A stretch of 64,000 nt of DNA, from NCBI GenBank assembly GCA_977030845.1, contig OZ365115.1:14756001-14820000 (forward strand), in the 5' to 3' direction. Source of the stretch: Fimbriosthenelais zetlandica (taxonomy: Eukaryota). This document shows positions 1 through 13,000 of the stretch, piece by piece. Made by a program: the position numbers and the translations under genes. Below the pieces are notes generated by a model that was not told where the DNA came from, ran no database searches, and was given only the letters and a program-made list of their open reading frames with translations. The first letter of the stretch is position 1. Every line of letters starts with the position of its first letter.

Positions 1-661
1 TCAGATAAGCTATAGGTTGCTTCTGTTATAAGTGAACTAATATTCCCGTACACTTGGTGAGATGACCAAGTGTTTTACCATCCTGGTGGTTCTAGTTAAA
101 AGCTTTGTGAGATGTTTTAATCTTGACTTTTATAGAATCACACGTCATTACCAAAGCTTTAGTCATTTAATTGTGAGCATTATAATTATAGAGAGCACTC
201 GTCTATAGAGAGTGAGAAGAGCGTCAATAGAATGAATTAATGACTAAAAGATATCAAAGTATTGTAAGGCAATCATGTCAAAACATGCAGGCAATGGTTG
301 GCAGCAATAGTCCAAATGACTTTATGCCGATTAGCAATCAAGAGCAGATGTTAAGCCTTTCCCCCACTGATGCGATTTGCCTTGCGACACATGTGTGGCA
401 GAGGTGAGGTGTCTATACCACGGAAAACTGCATCAGTGGTGGACCATCTTTAGGCCTTTGAAATATTAGAACTATTTTTTCGCTATAATTGCGAGGCACA
501 CCAGTTTGGGCGGCCTTGTAATAGTAAGTTAGGTCTCAGTTAGGCCTACAACTTGCCTTGTCGTATTAAAATATTATCAAAGTCAGAAAATGAGAATAAG
601 AGTTACACCAAGCTCCCAGAGATGTAAGATGGCAGATAGGTAGCGTTCATGAGGAGCTTAC

Positions 662-1018
662 CTGGAGCTGATGATGTTTTGGGTGAGGTGGGAACCATTA
701 TTACAGTATCCCTATTCCCTGTCTCTACCCATAAAGCATTGCTATGGTGGATGGCACTGGCCTCAGAACTGACCAACAACAGCTCGACATTAGAGCTACC
801 GGCGATTTTCTGTACGACTTGGTCGTGGGAGTCTCGTACGACTGATTCTCCGTTAACCTCAATGAGCTGGTCATTGTAGTTCATGTCAGCCTCGGCAGCG
901 GGAGTACCAGCTGTTATAGTGCCTATATAGTGACCAGGCTTCCCCTGAAGCTCATGAAGATCAAATCCATAGGTACCGTCAACCTTCTCAAGGTTGATGC
1001 GCCGAGGAGGGGAGCCCA
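662..1018 (-). CDS. PDZ exon 10 (357 nt)
   Basis: Acceptor ccaaacag|TG, donor CCAG|gtaagc. Encodes PPRRINLEKVDGTYGFDLHELQGKPGHYIG...SHDQVVQKIA. Confidence 0.88.
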
Positions 1019-4000
1019 CTGTTTGGTAAAGTTTTAAAAACCAAACATCACTTTTCACACAGTTACTTCCTTCTCATTGACAATTAAAATCATCCTTTCA
1101 CAATATATTCATAACCCAGTTATATTTGTATATTATTTTTTTAAATTGTTATATGACTTTCCTTTTATAATTAAATTATCAGCAGAATGTTTTTCCTTAT
1201 TAGTTGAACTGAGTAATATACTTTGGTATGCTTTATATTCATCTACATCATATTTATTTAAATTTCATCAGTTGTTTTTGGTTCATTTTAAAACCTCATT
1301 TACCAGTGTCCGTGCACTGAAAATTTATTTTTTAAATTGTTATATTGTTATTGATTGAGAAAAAATATTATGTTAGTATTGGAATGTATGAAGATCTCTC
1401 CTAGAGATTTGTGTTAATATTAAGGTGAATAAAATGCTATTGGGTTATATAGAATTAAAATATAAATAAATCTTGGTAAATAAGGGCAGTATTCGTAAAG
1501 AGCAGTTATTCAATCAATGGTCATGTAGCTATAATAAAAAATGTCCCATTCACCTCTGAAATATGCATATAAGTTGTTTTAGTGCGTATTGAATAGAAAA
1601 CAATTAGAAAAAATAACAAATGTGGAATGGAAAATAATGTCCAGGCTGACAAGTAATGATTTCATTCTTGGCTTCTTCATTTTGGGCAAATGGCACATGG
1701 ACATTGAAGCTTAACGATGGAGAGGTATTACTTTAAAGTCCTGCAGTAGTTTCAGCAATTCACAGTCCATCGCAGTGGGAGACATGGCTGGCTTTTTACA
1801 AGCCTCACCACAAACGGTGAGACATGGTTGGCCTTTTGCATGCATCTCACCACAGACAGTGGGGGACATGGCTGGTATTTTACATATCTCTAGCTTTTGA
1901 TATTCCAGTTAGCAGCACTGGATGAAGAAGGACAATGGCAAAATGTGGAGAATTAAATGTGGAATTAACTTTAAATTATAGTTAAGGTAGGATGAAGCAT
2001 GGATCAGTTAGTGGTCAGGGACGGTCATCATATTGAGGGTATATTAGTGAATGGTTGTAGTCCATTACCCCACACCTGGTTAACTAATCTACTATCAGAC
2101 CAACCTACCTCTAACCACTGAACCGTTCTCCTCACAGTGTTGCTCCTCAACCTCTACCATGCCTGAGTTTATATCTATCTCATTATATCTGAAGTGATCC
2201 AGCGACTTTTTGTCGACAACAAGAAGTGTGACCTGTGAAGGGTCCTGTCTTATCTTTTCCACCACTTCAGGGTGTTGGGCCTCTTGTACATTTGCCCCGT
2301 TTACTTCTATAATATAGTCATTCCTGTCCACGCCTACAGACGCGGCGGGAGAGCCGGGTTCCACTTTTCCTACCCGTGGTTCAGGTCTATGTTTAACTTC
2401 GTATAAGTCAAAGCCGTAGCCCTCAAAGTCAGGCCACTTCTTGAGGTGACAGAGTCGCGCGTGGGGCTTGCTGTTTTTAGGAAGTGTGCTATCACGACTG
2501 GCACTGGGGTGGGCTGAAGTAACATTTAATATATTCTAAAATTAAATTTAATCTCACTAAAACAGATTCTCCATGATCAACGGTGTTATCTTAAATTTAA
2601 ATTAAAATGTAAAATTTAAATTTATAACAAAGTAAGTTCACATACCATTACCTAGAAATGTACAAATTATTTTATGTATATAATTTAAAGACAAAACATC
2701 TTAAAAGTTATGTTTATAAAATGACCTGAAAATGAAACCATTAGAAAAGGAAAATATTAGTTTATGTTAATTTAATTTAAAGTTCTATGTTATAAATGTA
2801 AAATTTAAGGTTCAAAATGTTAGTGTAGAGAACTAAAATCATGCAGATAATAAGAGATGGGTTAGTAATATTTATTTTTTAATGATGGGTTTATAAATCT
2901 CATGTGGATAGATATTCCAGAGCGAGTTAAAAATAGATCCAGCGAAAATGTAGGCAATCGGTGAAAAAATGGTCCAAACTCCGCAAAATGTGCCAGCTCA
3001 ACTATGGTCAAACCTGGCATCAAGCTGTATGCGATATAAAAAGTGAGCGATTGATGAATGGAGATTAAGATCTTGCCTTCCACCTTTAGATACAAGCAGT
3101 CATGGATGAGCCTGACGTAGTCAGGTTTAGCAGGGATTATCGTGCTAATACAAGCTAATCTTACCCCTGGTGTTCACACTATTGGTAGGGATCAGGGTTG
3201 AGTACCCGCCATAATCCAGTCTGTCTCCAGACACGACTAATGTTAAGTCCTCGGGATGTTTTTTGATGTTTTTAGCCAAGTCCTCGTGAGGTGTGTTCTG
3301 GACGTTCACACCCTGTACCTCTATGATCTCCTCGCCCTGCTGGAGTCCAGCATGCTCGGCCGGGGAGTTAGCGTCCACTACGCCCACGTAGTGACCGGAC
3401 TTGTTCAGTAAACGGTGAAGCTCAAACCCGTAACTTTGACCCGGAGCGGCTCGGAGGTGACAGGTATGTACCCCGTCAGACTGTACACCTAGTGTGAGTG
3501 AGGCAAGAGTGAATATTGATTCCGGCTACAAGTTCTCGAGTAGGTCCTACCCTTCCCAAAAGTTTCTGTTACATGCGTCTCACCACAGACAGTGAGAGAC
3601 ATGGCTGCCTCTCACCACAGACAGTGAGAGACATGGCTGCCTCTCACCACAGACAGTGGGAGACATGGCTGGCCTTTTACACATCTCTCACCATAGACAG
3701 TGGATGACATGGCTGGTATTTTACATGCCTCGTACCACAGACAGTGAGACATGGCTGGCCTTTTACATGCCTCTCACCACAGACAGTGGGAGACATGGTT
3801 GGCCTTTTACACGTCTCTTACCACAGAGAGTAGGAGACATGGCTGGCTTTTGATATCCCAGTTAGCAGCACTGGGTGGAAAAGGACAATGGCAAATTTAA
3901 AGAATGCTTGGGGGAATTGAACCCGGGGTCTCCGGCATTCACACTGAGTATTAGATATGGAAAAGTGTCAGTAAGTTGCAACAGGGGAAGAGGGAATACA

Positions 4001-7000
4001 CGGAGGTGTAATCATCGTTTTAAAAATGTATTGTTAGCGTATTATGGAAGGGGGAGATATGACAGTCATCTCCATAAGGTTCCTTTGGAATGCAAGGGAT
4101 TTTAAGCACATGAAAGAATGTAACATGATCATTATGTCAGATGAATTCATCAGGAAATATAATTATAAGGATGAATATTTCTTTCACGATTTGACTTTTC
4201 AGTATACAACAGAAAAAAATAAATTGAATTTAAAGTGTATTGTATCCATAAGGATGTCGAATATCATCAAGTCATTATACCAACAACTATTTTATCTTTA
4301 AGTTTATATTAGATATTTAAGTTTATAAATATACAATATAGTTAACAGTTATAATTAAGTATTTAATATCCTATATTATATTAGGTGTCATTTATGACAG
4401 ATTAAAAGTCTGTCATAAATAAAGTGGAGTTCTAGATTAAATCTAGTTATTGTGAATCTAGTTAGGATCAATTTAAATCAATCAGTGAAGCCCATATTAG
4501 GTAATTAATTAATGTGATTAAAATTAATTTACTTCTGTGATTAAATAGTGTCAACTGTTATATCCGTTAACAAATCAAAATGATTAAATGCCGGACCGTG
4601 TCCAATTATTCCTCCATAAAAGATATTTCACTAAACCGTGAGAAACATTTTCTCAAAGCATTTTGTTCCAAATAGAGAGCAGATAAAACAGAACCAAATC
4701 ACCGGAAATCAAGGATAATCAGGTAAAGGAAAGACTAGAGAAATCTGAGAGAATGAAGTGATATAAAGATCCAAAGCTAAGATAATTCAATCAGTTGTGG
4801 TTGTGAATAATTATGAATCAATCTTGAAGTTGAAATGGATTCAATAAAATAAAATGAATTAATAAATGGGTGATAAATAATAATATACCCTTCACTAACA
4901 TTCTGAGTGAATGACTCAGCAAGTTTCAAAATCTGTGAGGCCACTTCCGCCACTAGCCCAGTGACTTCCGTGGAACAATTCATAAAATATATTCAGGATA
5001 ATCTGATAATCTGGGGGATAATTATTAAACAAACAAGACTCCATGAGACTTGATACTAATACTGTTATGAGCCTCACTACTAGTTTAAGGATCTTCTCTG
5101 ATGGTTTATCTATGGAGCTATCGGGAGCTATGTACTGATACTTCACAAGTCAAACTCTCAGCTATCTAAACCATCTAAAATACAGAAATCTCACCCCCAA
5201 CTTCAACTATTCTAACACCAAGTATAACTTTCCTAAAGCCTGGAAGGCTCTGAGTTGGAAATCTATCCGATCAAGCGACCCAATGACACGTTTGATAATA
5301 TAAGGCAATTCTTTACACTTAAAATTTCAAGAGCAATTCAGTATGACTCTAACAGGTCATTATATCTGGCTTTATATTACCCAACTGGGCAATGGGTCGT
5401 CCAATCGTATGGAAATCCTGATCAATGTGATCCAGACGTGACAACCTGCCCACAACTCTAGGTGAATCTAAGTCTGAGATCTGATTCATTTAGTGGCTTC
5501 TGCAACTAGAAAGCCCTTCTTGCATTGAATCTCTAACACTGAACCTGCCTAGTTTAAGCATTAGATGTTTAAGATCTACTGTCTGTAAGGCAGTATAAGC
5601 TAGCAGCTAGTCTGAGCGAGTGTTTGAGCTAGTCTAGATTATTATCAGCATCCATACTCTCTGTAGACTATTGCACTTTATTTACCTTTAAATTTAAGCA
5701 TCGGTAATTTAACCCTAGTTTAGAAGTCATTCAGATTCTGGGCCCAATGTCTGACTGCCCAGTGAGACATCTGAATGACATTAATATACTCTAATCATGT
5801 GCACGAAATACTGTCAAAATGTAGTTAGGTAAGTTCCATAACTATCACATAAGTTCTGTAACTGCACCCAAGATTCGCATTCTGGTAATCCACCTAGACA
5901 AGTTAAAAGGTCTACGGCAACCAGAAGCTGATAGGGCCTGTCGAGGGTGTCCAGATCATTTTGGATTCTGTAGGTCCAATTTAATAAAGGCTTAGTCTAC
6001 AGAAGGCATGGAAATAAAGCTGGCTAAGACAAGAGAGCATTCCCACCTATAACAGACCCCTTACCTGGTGTGGTATTTGAGTTAAGCATTGCTACTAGAG
6101 GCGTGATTCCATGTAGATGGAAGTACCGTGAAGCTGTCTTATCAACCACCATGAAGCTCATCTGGTTGCCTTGAGCTTTGATCAGTTCTACAGCGTCAGA
6201 GTGAGGTGTGTTCTGGATGTTAACACTGTTCACTTCTACCACCTCATCACCGATCAGAAGACCAGCATGAACAGCGGGTGATGGACGCTCCAGATCACCA
6301 ATAACATGACCAGGGAGGTCTTTATCATATTCAAGTTTAAAGCCGAAGCCGTGAGTGCTCGATGATCGCTGAAGTTCACAGATCCGAGGCGCGTGCTCAC
6401 CATCCACTGATCTGGTGCACTTTTGTTGGGACGTTACTTTGAATTTGTGAATCCAGAAAATTAATATTAGACTAAGTACATTGAAATTTAATTATGCGTA
6501 GAAATCTTCTTCAGGAAAGTATTTTTGAATGGGGTAACTCTACTAGGGATTTTCGCCCTGGGATTCTGTTAACTTTTCGCTTTGGGATTATGGTAACTTT
6601 TTGCCTTGGGATTATGTTTGCCTTGGGATTACAGTAACCTTTCATTGTAATTTTCTTCTAGACAGAAGGTCCCTGTCTTGGTAACCCAAGTTGTGCTGGC
6701 CTATAATAGCATCAATAGAAAGCACTGATTCAAAATCCCCAATTCCATGCATGACATAAAAGCATCATCAGCCAGAAAATGCTTCAGGAAAACTGTAATA
6801 AAATAGAGCAAGAATGGCGGAAATCCCTAGTGGAGTTACCCTAAAAGCAATAGCTCAGAATTATTTCTTCAATTACATAAGACTGAAAGAGATGATTAGT
6901 ATTATTCCAATTAATTATTACTCACTAGTTAATCTATGACTAAAACGTAGGAAAGTTATCTACGGCAGATTTAACCCTGTAAAACAATGATTAAAGTGCC

Positions 7001-10000
7001 CTAATCTAACCTATAAACCTGTTATTATTATCACACACACCCTAGTCAACCTCATGCAGAACTCAGGTCAGAAACTACTGGTGTTAACAGGGACCTCCAT
7101 AAATTAAAAAAATCTGATTTCAATTTTAATCTGTTGAGGTCAGGAGCAACTGTGCTCTCTTTGATCTGCTCCAGACCACCAAGAGAGGTAGGCCTACTTG
7201 TAGAACAGTCAATTGCTTGTCTGCTATGGGTGGCCATCTGATCTTTTGGCCCAATTTCAGAACCAATTCTCGTCCACTCAGTTTGCATAGACAATTGGTC
7301 GATACTTTGGAGGGAGCCCCTCATTGCAGATCCTTGGGACTCTGGTGTTCAAAACACCCCTTAATCTACCCATAGAGCTACAGTTCTATGGTCTACCTTC
7401 TCCAAAATCCTGGATCAGGATACAATCTTCAATATTTTATCCTATGGTTGTAAAATGGGGTCACTAGTTTAGTAAATAACACCAGACAAGACTTCATGTT
7501 ATCAGGTATCATGTCTTCCCCTGATTAAATCAATATAGATCTAATTAACCTAATTAACGGTGCTGGGTTACCTGGGAGTTAATCCCTGGTGGTTTAGTAT
7601 TAGTAAAGCCCGTGAACCGTGAGATAATCCGTCATGTATGTGGATTATAAGGATTACCTGGAGGTGACGTCACACTGTCCCTCACTTGGACGTTGTTGTT
7701 GGTAGTGTATGTCGATGACGCCTTGTCAATGACAAGTAAGGTCACTGACTGTGGATTGTTCTGGAACCTCTTGACCACTTCAATGTGGCTCTCCTCCTCC
7801 ACATTCTGGCCATTCACCTCCATTATCTCATCCCCGCTGGCCAGTCCAGCTTGCTGGGCTGGGGAGTCAGGGACGACATAGCTCACAAAGTGGCCCTTCT
7901 TATTACTCTCATCCTGCATGTCAAACCCATAGCCCTGATAGTCAGGGCGGGCCACAAGGGTACATAGACGGGCCACAGGAGGAGGGGTACTGTTCACTAC
8001 AGCCTCAGAGGTGGAGGCCACCATGGCAGAGCCATTGACGCTGGCTGAACCATTGGTTACTACGCCTGTCAGAGAAAATCATACGGGCATCTTCATCAAG
8101 TGTTACTATCATTAAATATACTGTAAATCTAAAGTGCTTTATGTATCAAACAAGGTATCAACTACTCTTATCTGGCTCCTATATATAATACGTCAAATAA
8201 AATACGAAAAATACATGTATACGACTAATTCTGCACATGACATATAGACTGATAGAAATGCCTTCAAGCCAAATAATTGGCAAAAGATATAAAATATATG
8301 AATGAAGTCAAGGGGCACCACAATGATTTTGAACAGCAAGTGAAAATATCCAAATCAAGAAGAGTGGATTGAGACTGAGAGAAGCACACACATGGATGGC
8401 CTATGTCTATCATGATCTAATCTAGGATCCTCTATGTCTACTATATCTACCACCAGCCCTTACCTGGAGCGGCCTGCGTGGGGCATTCTATGTAATCTAT
8501 ATTGTCCATCCGGCCGTGGACCCATATAGAGTTGTTATTGTAATACTCCTCGGCTACACTGTCTACCACCAGTAGCTTCACTTCGTTAGGGTTCTCCAAT
8601 ATTCTCTCCACTACTCTCTTGTGCGGTTCTTCCAGCACGTTATGGTAGTTCACTTCTATGATTTTATCATCTCGTCTCATGGCCACAGCGTCTGATGGTG
8701 AACCTCTATCGATAGAACCTATCAAATGTCCCGGACGGCTCTTCTCCTCGTGAAGGTCAAAGCCGTAACCTTGGAAGGTGGGCCATTTCTTGAGGTGGTA
8801 GAGACGGGGTCTAGGAGCTAGCCAACAATGAAGGAAACAATCAAAATACATTCACAAGAAACAACTTCAGTTGAGAAGATTTTACAATAAGTACCAAATA
8901 TGGCACATATCGTAAGGAAAGTACAGTAAAAAGAAAATTGTTTTGGAAGAAGAATTAGAGAAGCCACTGCGATGGAAGCTGCATGTGAGGAGAAGCAGGG
9001 ACTGTATAAGGTGTAAGGCCTCCTTATCATGGAAGACCGGATCATTTATAAAATAATTTATTTAAAAAACTCCTACTGGTTTAAAATACTAAGAGATGGG
9101 TGCCACATAGGTGCACAACATGCAGTATGATTAAACTGTTAATTAGCCCAGGATGAATGGGCAAAACTTGTTAGAATGTTGACGATAAGTATTTTAAACA
9201 AATATTCCTAGTAATATTTCACATTAACAAAGAATCAAAAACTGATGTTCATTAAAGAAAAAGATTATTAAAAATCAAAATCCCCTTGATTATTATGGTT
9301 AGCAACATAGTATTCTACCATGAAATCAAATTATTTTCCACTGCAAATAAAAAATTTGTGGGGTTTTGAGTTGATTTTTGGATGAATGGCGCTGGGGGTG
9401 GGCTTGTTTTTTTGGGGGCGGGGTAGTCTTACCTTTATAATTAGACGCGGGACATTCTATTTCCTCTATGTTGGGCATCTTGCTATGGACCCATACCGCC
9501 CGCTCCTTATAAAACTGATCACCTTCCATGTCCAGTACCAGTAGACTGACCCTGTCACTGAACTGTCTGATTTTTTCCACCACCTGTTGGTGGGTATAGT
9601 CCAGCACATTACGGCCGTTAACTTCAATGATCTTGTCATCTAGACGGAGTCCGGTTACAGCCCCGGGGGACCCCGCATCCAGGGATCCCACCAAATGCCC
9701 GGGGTGCTTCAGCCGCTCGTGAAGATCAAAGCCATAGCCGCTAAAGTTGGGCCATTTTTTCAGGTGAATAAGACGCGGCCGCGGCATACCAACTGGGGAG
9801 TAAAAGCTAACATGATAAGGTACTCTTCACGGGCTCTCATAGACCTGGTATACCAACACAACTATCAAAACCTACTACTGACAAACCACAGGGAAAAGTA
9901 GGCAGTGGAAAACCGACTGCTGACAAACCACAGGGCAATGTAGGCAGTGGGAAGGGCTAAAAAGCTACCAATCAAGGGGCACTGAGAACATCAGGTACAT

Positions 10001-13000
10001 TCTACACGGGTTAACTAAAGGCCGATCTCCACTGATGCGATTTTACTTTCAACAATACTGCGATAAAGTGATGTTTGTCTTGCAATAAAATTTAAAAGTT
10101 TTAGTTAAGCTGACCAAGGCGTTGTGGCCATCCTCAAGTGGATTTTTTTATTTTCATTGCGACAAGCATCACCTTTGTCGCAATAGTGTAGCAAGCAAAA
10201 TCGCAGCAGTGGAGTACAGGCTTGCGACAATGGAGGAACGACTTGGAGGAATCACCAAAAACAAAGCCAAAATACGATGACAATTCACTACAGGGGTTTA
10301 AAACAGGGAAGTCTACTCTCACGGGGGTTGGGGGTAATTATAAACATGCCAAAACATTACAAATCACACTCCATTCACTGCCAAGGCTTCCAAGGCTGGC
10401 CATTGATCCAAGATTAATCATGAAAAATAATTAAATCAAATAAAACCCAAGTGTTACTTTATGATAGTAGATGAGTGGAGCACCAAGGGCAGGTTAGTCC
10501 TAGGTCTATATCGGGTATGTAGATGTAGAGTGATTTTAGAGGTTTTAGAGTATTTTAGAGGTTCTATATGATCTACCCACCACCTAACCCACGTCTGGAA
10601 CCCATTTCCCAGACATCCCAGTGAATCCAAAGCAAGGATACCATCCTTGTCCAAAGCAATGCTTGTAATAGGTACATTTCCCATGTGTTAAGTGCACAAA
10701 ATGTGTGACCTATTATACAAGAATACAGTTTAAATCACTATGATATATTGTAATGCAACTCAAGCGCATTGAGTTAGTTTTAGTCATGTAACATGTGTTG
10801 AAATGTAATATGTCCTGATTGCTCTACATGGATAGAAGTCGTATATAAGTGTATTACAAATTATGTTTGTTCTTGGCCGATTCGTTACATACAGTGTATT
10901 TTAAGGCCACGTTATGAATTAGAAAACTTAATTAGCTCGGTATGTAAAAGCTGTTACCAAAAGTACAACTTAAGGTTCTTTGAAGCCTATGACCCTCAGG
11001 ATAGCAAGTGCATTATTCTGTATCTGTTATGTAAATAATTATACTGTGAGAAACGAGCGGTATATATAATGAGTGTTATCATGCCATCTTGGGGTTTAAT
11101 GAGCCCAATATAATCACGCAACCATGCGGACAGTTACATAAAATATTACTAGATCACTACATTCTCATACTTTCTTAGATTCCAAGTTCCCTGAAAACAC
11201 TTGTATACTTCCAATGGAAGTACATTCTCTGCAGTCAAAGATTTGGCTGCCAGGCCTTGTAGCAGAACAAGAACTGTCAATGACCTGGAAGACGTACTCG
11301 CGTGTGTAACAGTGAAGGACTTCCATGTTCAAAGCCATGACAGTGATCTCTTCCGACCGTTCACAAAAATATTCTGGTATATATTGATTCAGATTCTTCT
11401 TTACTGAAACCTTTAAAATTCCAGATTATTTCTTTTAGAATCAAAAGGCCTGAGATCAGACATGTGAAGAGATGGTAGCAAAGATTCTTAAAGATCAGAG
11501 ATGAATGATCTAGCTTTTTTTTAGTTAGAATTTTTATAGAGCCTGTAATGGGTGAATACCAGCTCAGACTCTTGATTACTCAAGTTTCTCGTATAATTTT
11601 CAGCTGGGGGATCTTTCTATGTGCATTACTACATTGCCTTCTGTGTAATGGATATTTCTAGGTGCATGTGCTCTATGTACACCAACACCCTGAGGAAGGA
11701 GGCATTAGAAATGCCTTGGACAGCTCGGGGGATTTGAACCGCCGACCCTTCGATCATTGGTCCACCACCCTGTGTGAGCTGGCGCTCTAACCAACTGAGC
11801 TAACTCCGCTCCCCAATAAAGATGTGAGCATCACGTTCCTAAAATAGCCACAGAATAGGTTCTGCTCATTTTCACAGACTGACTGATTAGAATGAACTCC
11901 CTGAAAAATCCTCCCATCAGTCTCCAGCCTTCCCATGATGTTCTCTCTCCCATAAAGCAGTTTTTATCAGCTGGCTTTGTAGTTGAAGTCAACATGGCAG
12001 TACAAAGGTAGAACGCAGTGTAACTCAGCCATGCATGTGTGGGCTAGGATCGTGATGTAGAGAGACAGGCATCATCTCTATACCCAGTCAGGCCTGAATG
12101 GGGGCTAGCATGCCTGGCCGTCTAATATCAAATATCTAATATTCCCTTTGTCTTCTTATTCAAGGGTTGAAAGGGGAAAAGCGGCTTGTTGGTCGATTGG
12201 GAATTATTGCCTCAACGAGGAAACACTCTGTTAGCTATATGGACTGCTCCTACTGGTTGGCAGCAATGTTCTTTGCTACATATATATATGGTGGGAGATA
12301 TAGCTGGCCATTTACATACCTCTCACTACAGTAGGAGACATGGCTGAGCTTTTAAATGCCTCTAACCACAGACAGTTGGAGATATTGCTGGTCTTTTACA
12401 TGCGTCACGACACCGACAGTGGGAATCATGGTGGGCCTTTTATTACCCAGTTAGCAGGACAAATGGCAAATAATGAGGCTGTCTGGGGAATTGAACCAGG
12501 GACCTCCTGCATTCAAGTCAAACACTCTGCCACCTGAGCCTTACCACCCACAAGGGTTAAGACTACAGACAATAAATAATTTAAAAGGCAATATAAATAT
12601 AGCACAAAGTCTATGTTTACAGTACCAAACACTGGGTCTTTTTTTCCCCGAGGTTCTCACCGACATTCTCATGATTAATTAAGCCATTAAAAACCCTTGA
12701 GAAAATTAAAAATCTTCATGAGGAAAAGGTGCATATTTATAAGGCAAATCTGTATTTTGTTCATGGGAAACAGGAAGAGCATTCTTCCAGATGGTATCAC
12801 ATATTTCGTAGAGGAAATCATTTTTTACTTTGGTCTGAGAAGTCCCTTAAAGGAGGAAAAATAAACCAGTGGAAAAACAAGTAGTATAAGGAGAATTCCT
12901 GGCATGTTGAAGAACCCTTAAAGCAGTGTTGGGAATGTGTGGAGCTAGCCAGGTCTTCCTCCCTCTCATCTCCTTGAAAATACAAGCACTACATGAGCAG

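Noticed and set aside
649-879. Plus-strand and alternate-frame ORFs overlapping PDZ exons (also 7693-7967, 9695-9901, 19132-19482)
   Set aside because: Shadow ORFs of the GC-richer coding exons with no independent protein signal.
3569-3850. 44-bp repeats as a CRISPR array
   Set aside because: Units are head-to-tail with no unique spacers, there are no cas genes, and the context is eukaryotic and intronic.
11725-11814. Possible tRNA-Ile gene
   Set aside because: The acceptor stem does not pair, the anticodon region is expanded, and the sequence continues into a body shared by six other dispersed copies. It is a SINE head.
12478-12548. Possible tRNA gene on the minus strand
   Set aside because: The stems are imperfect and it is directly linked to the 44-bp repeat family, so it is interpreted as a SINE head.
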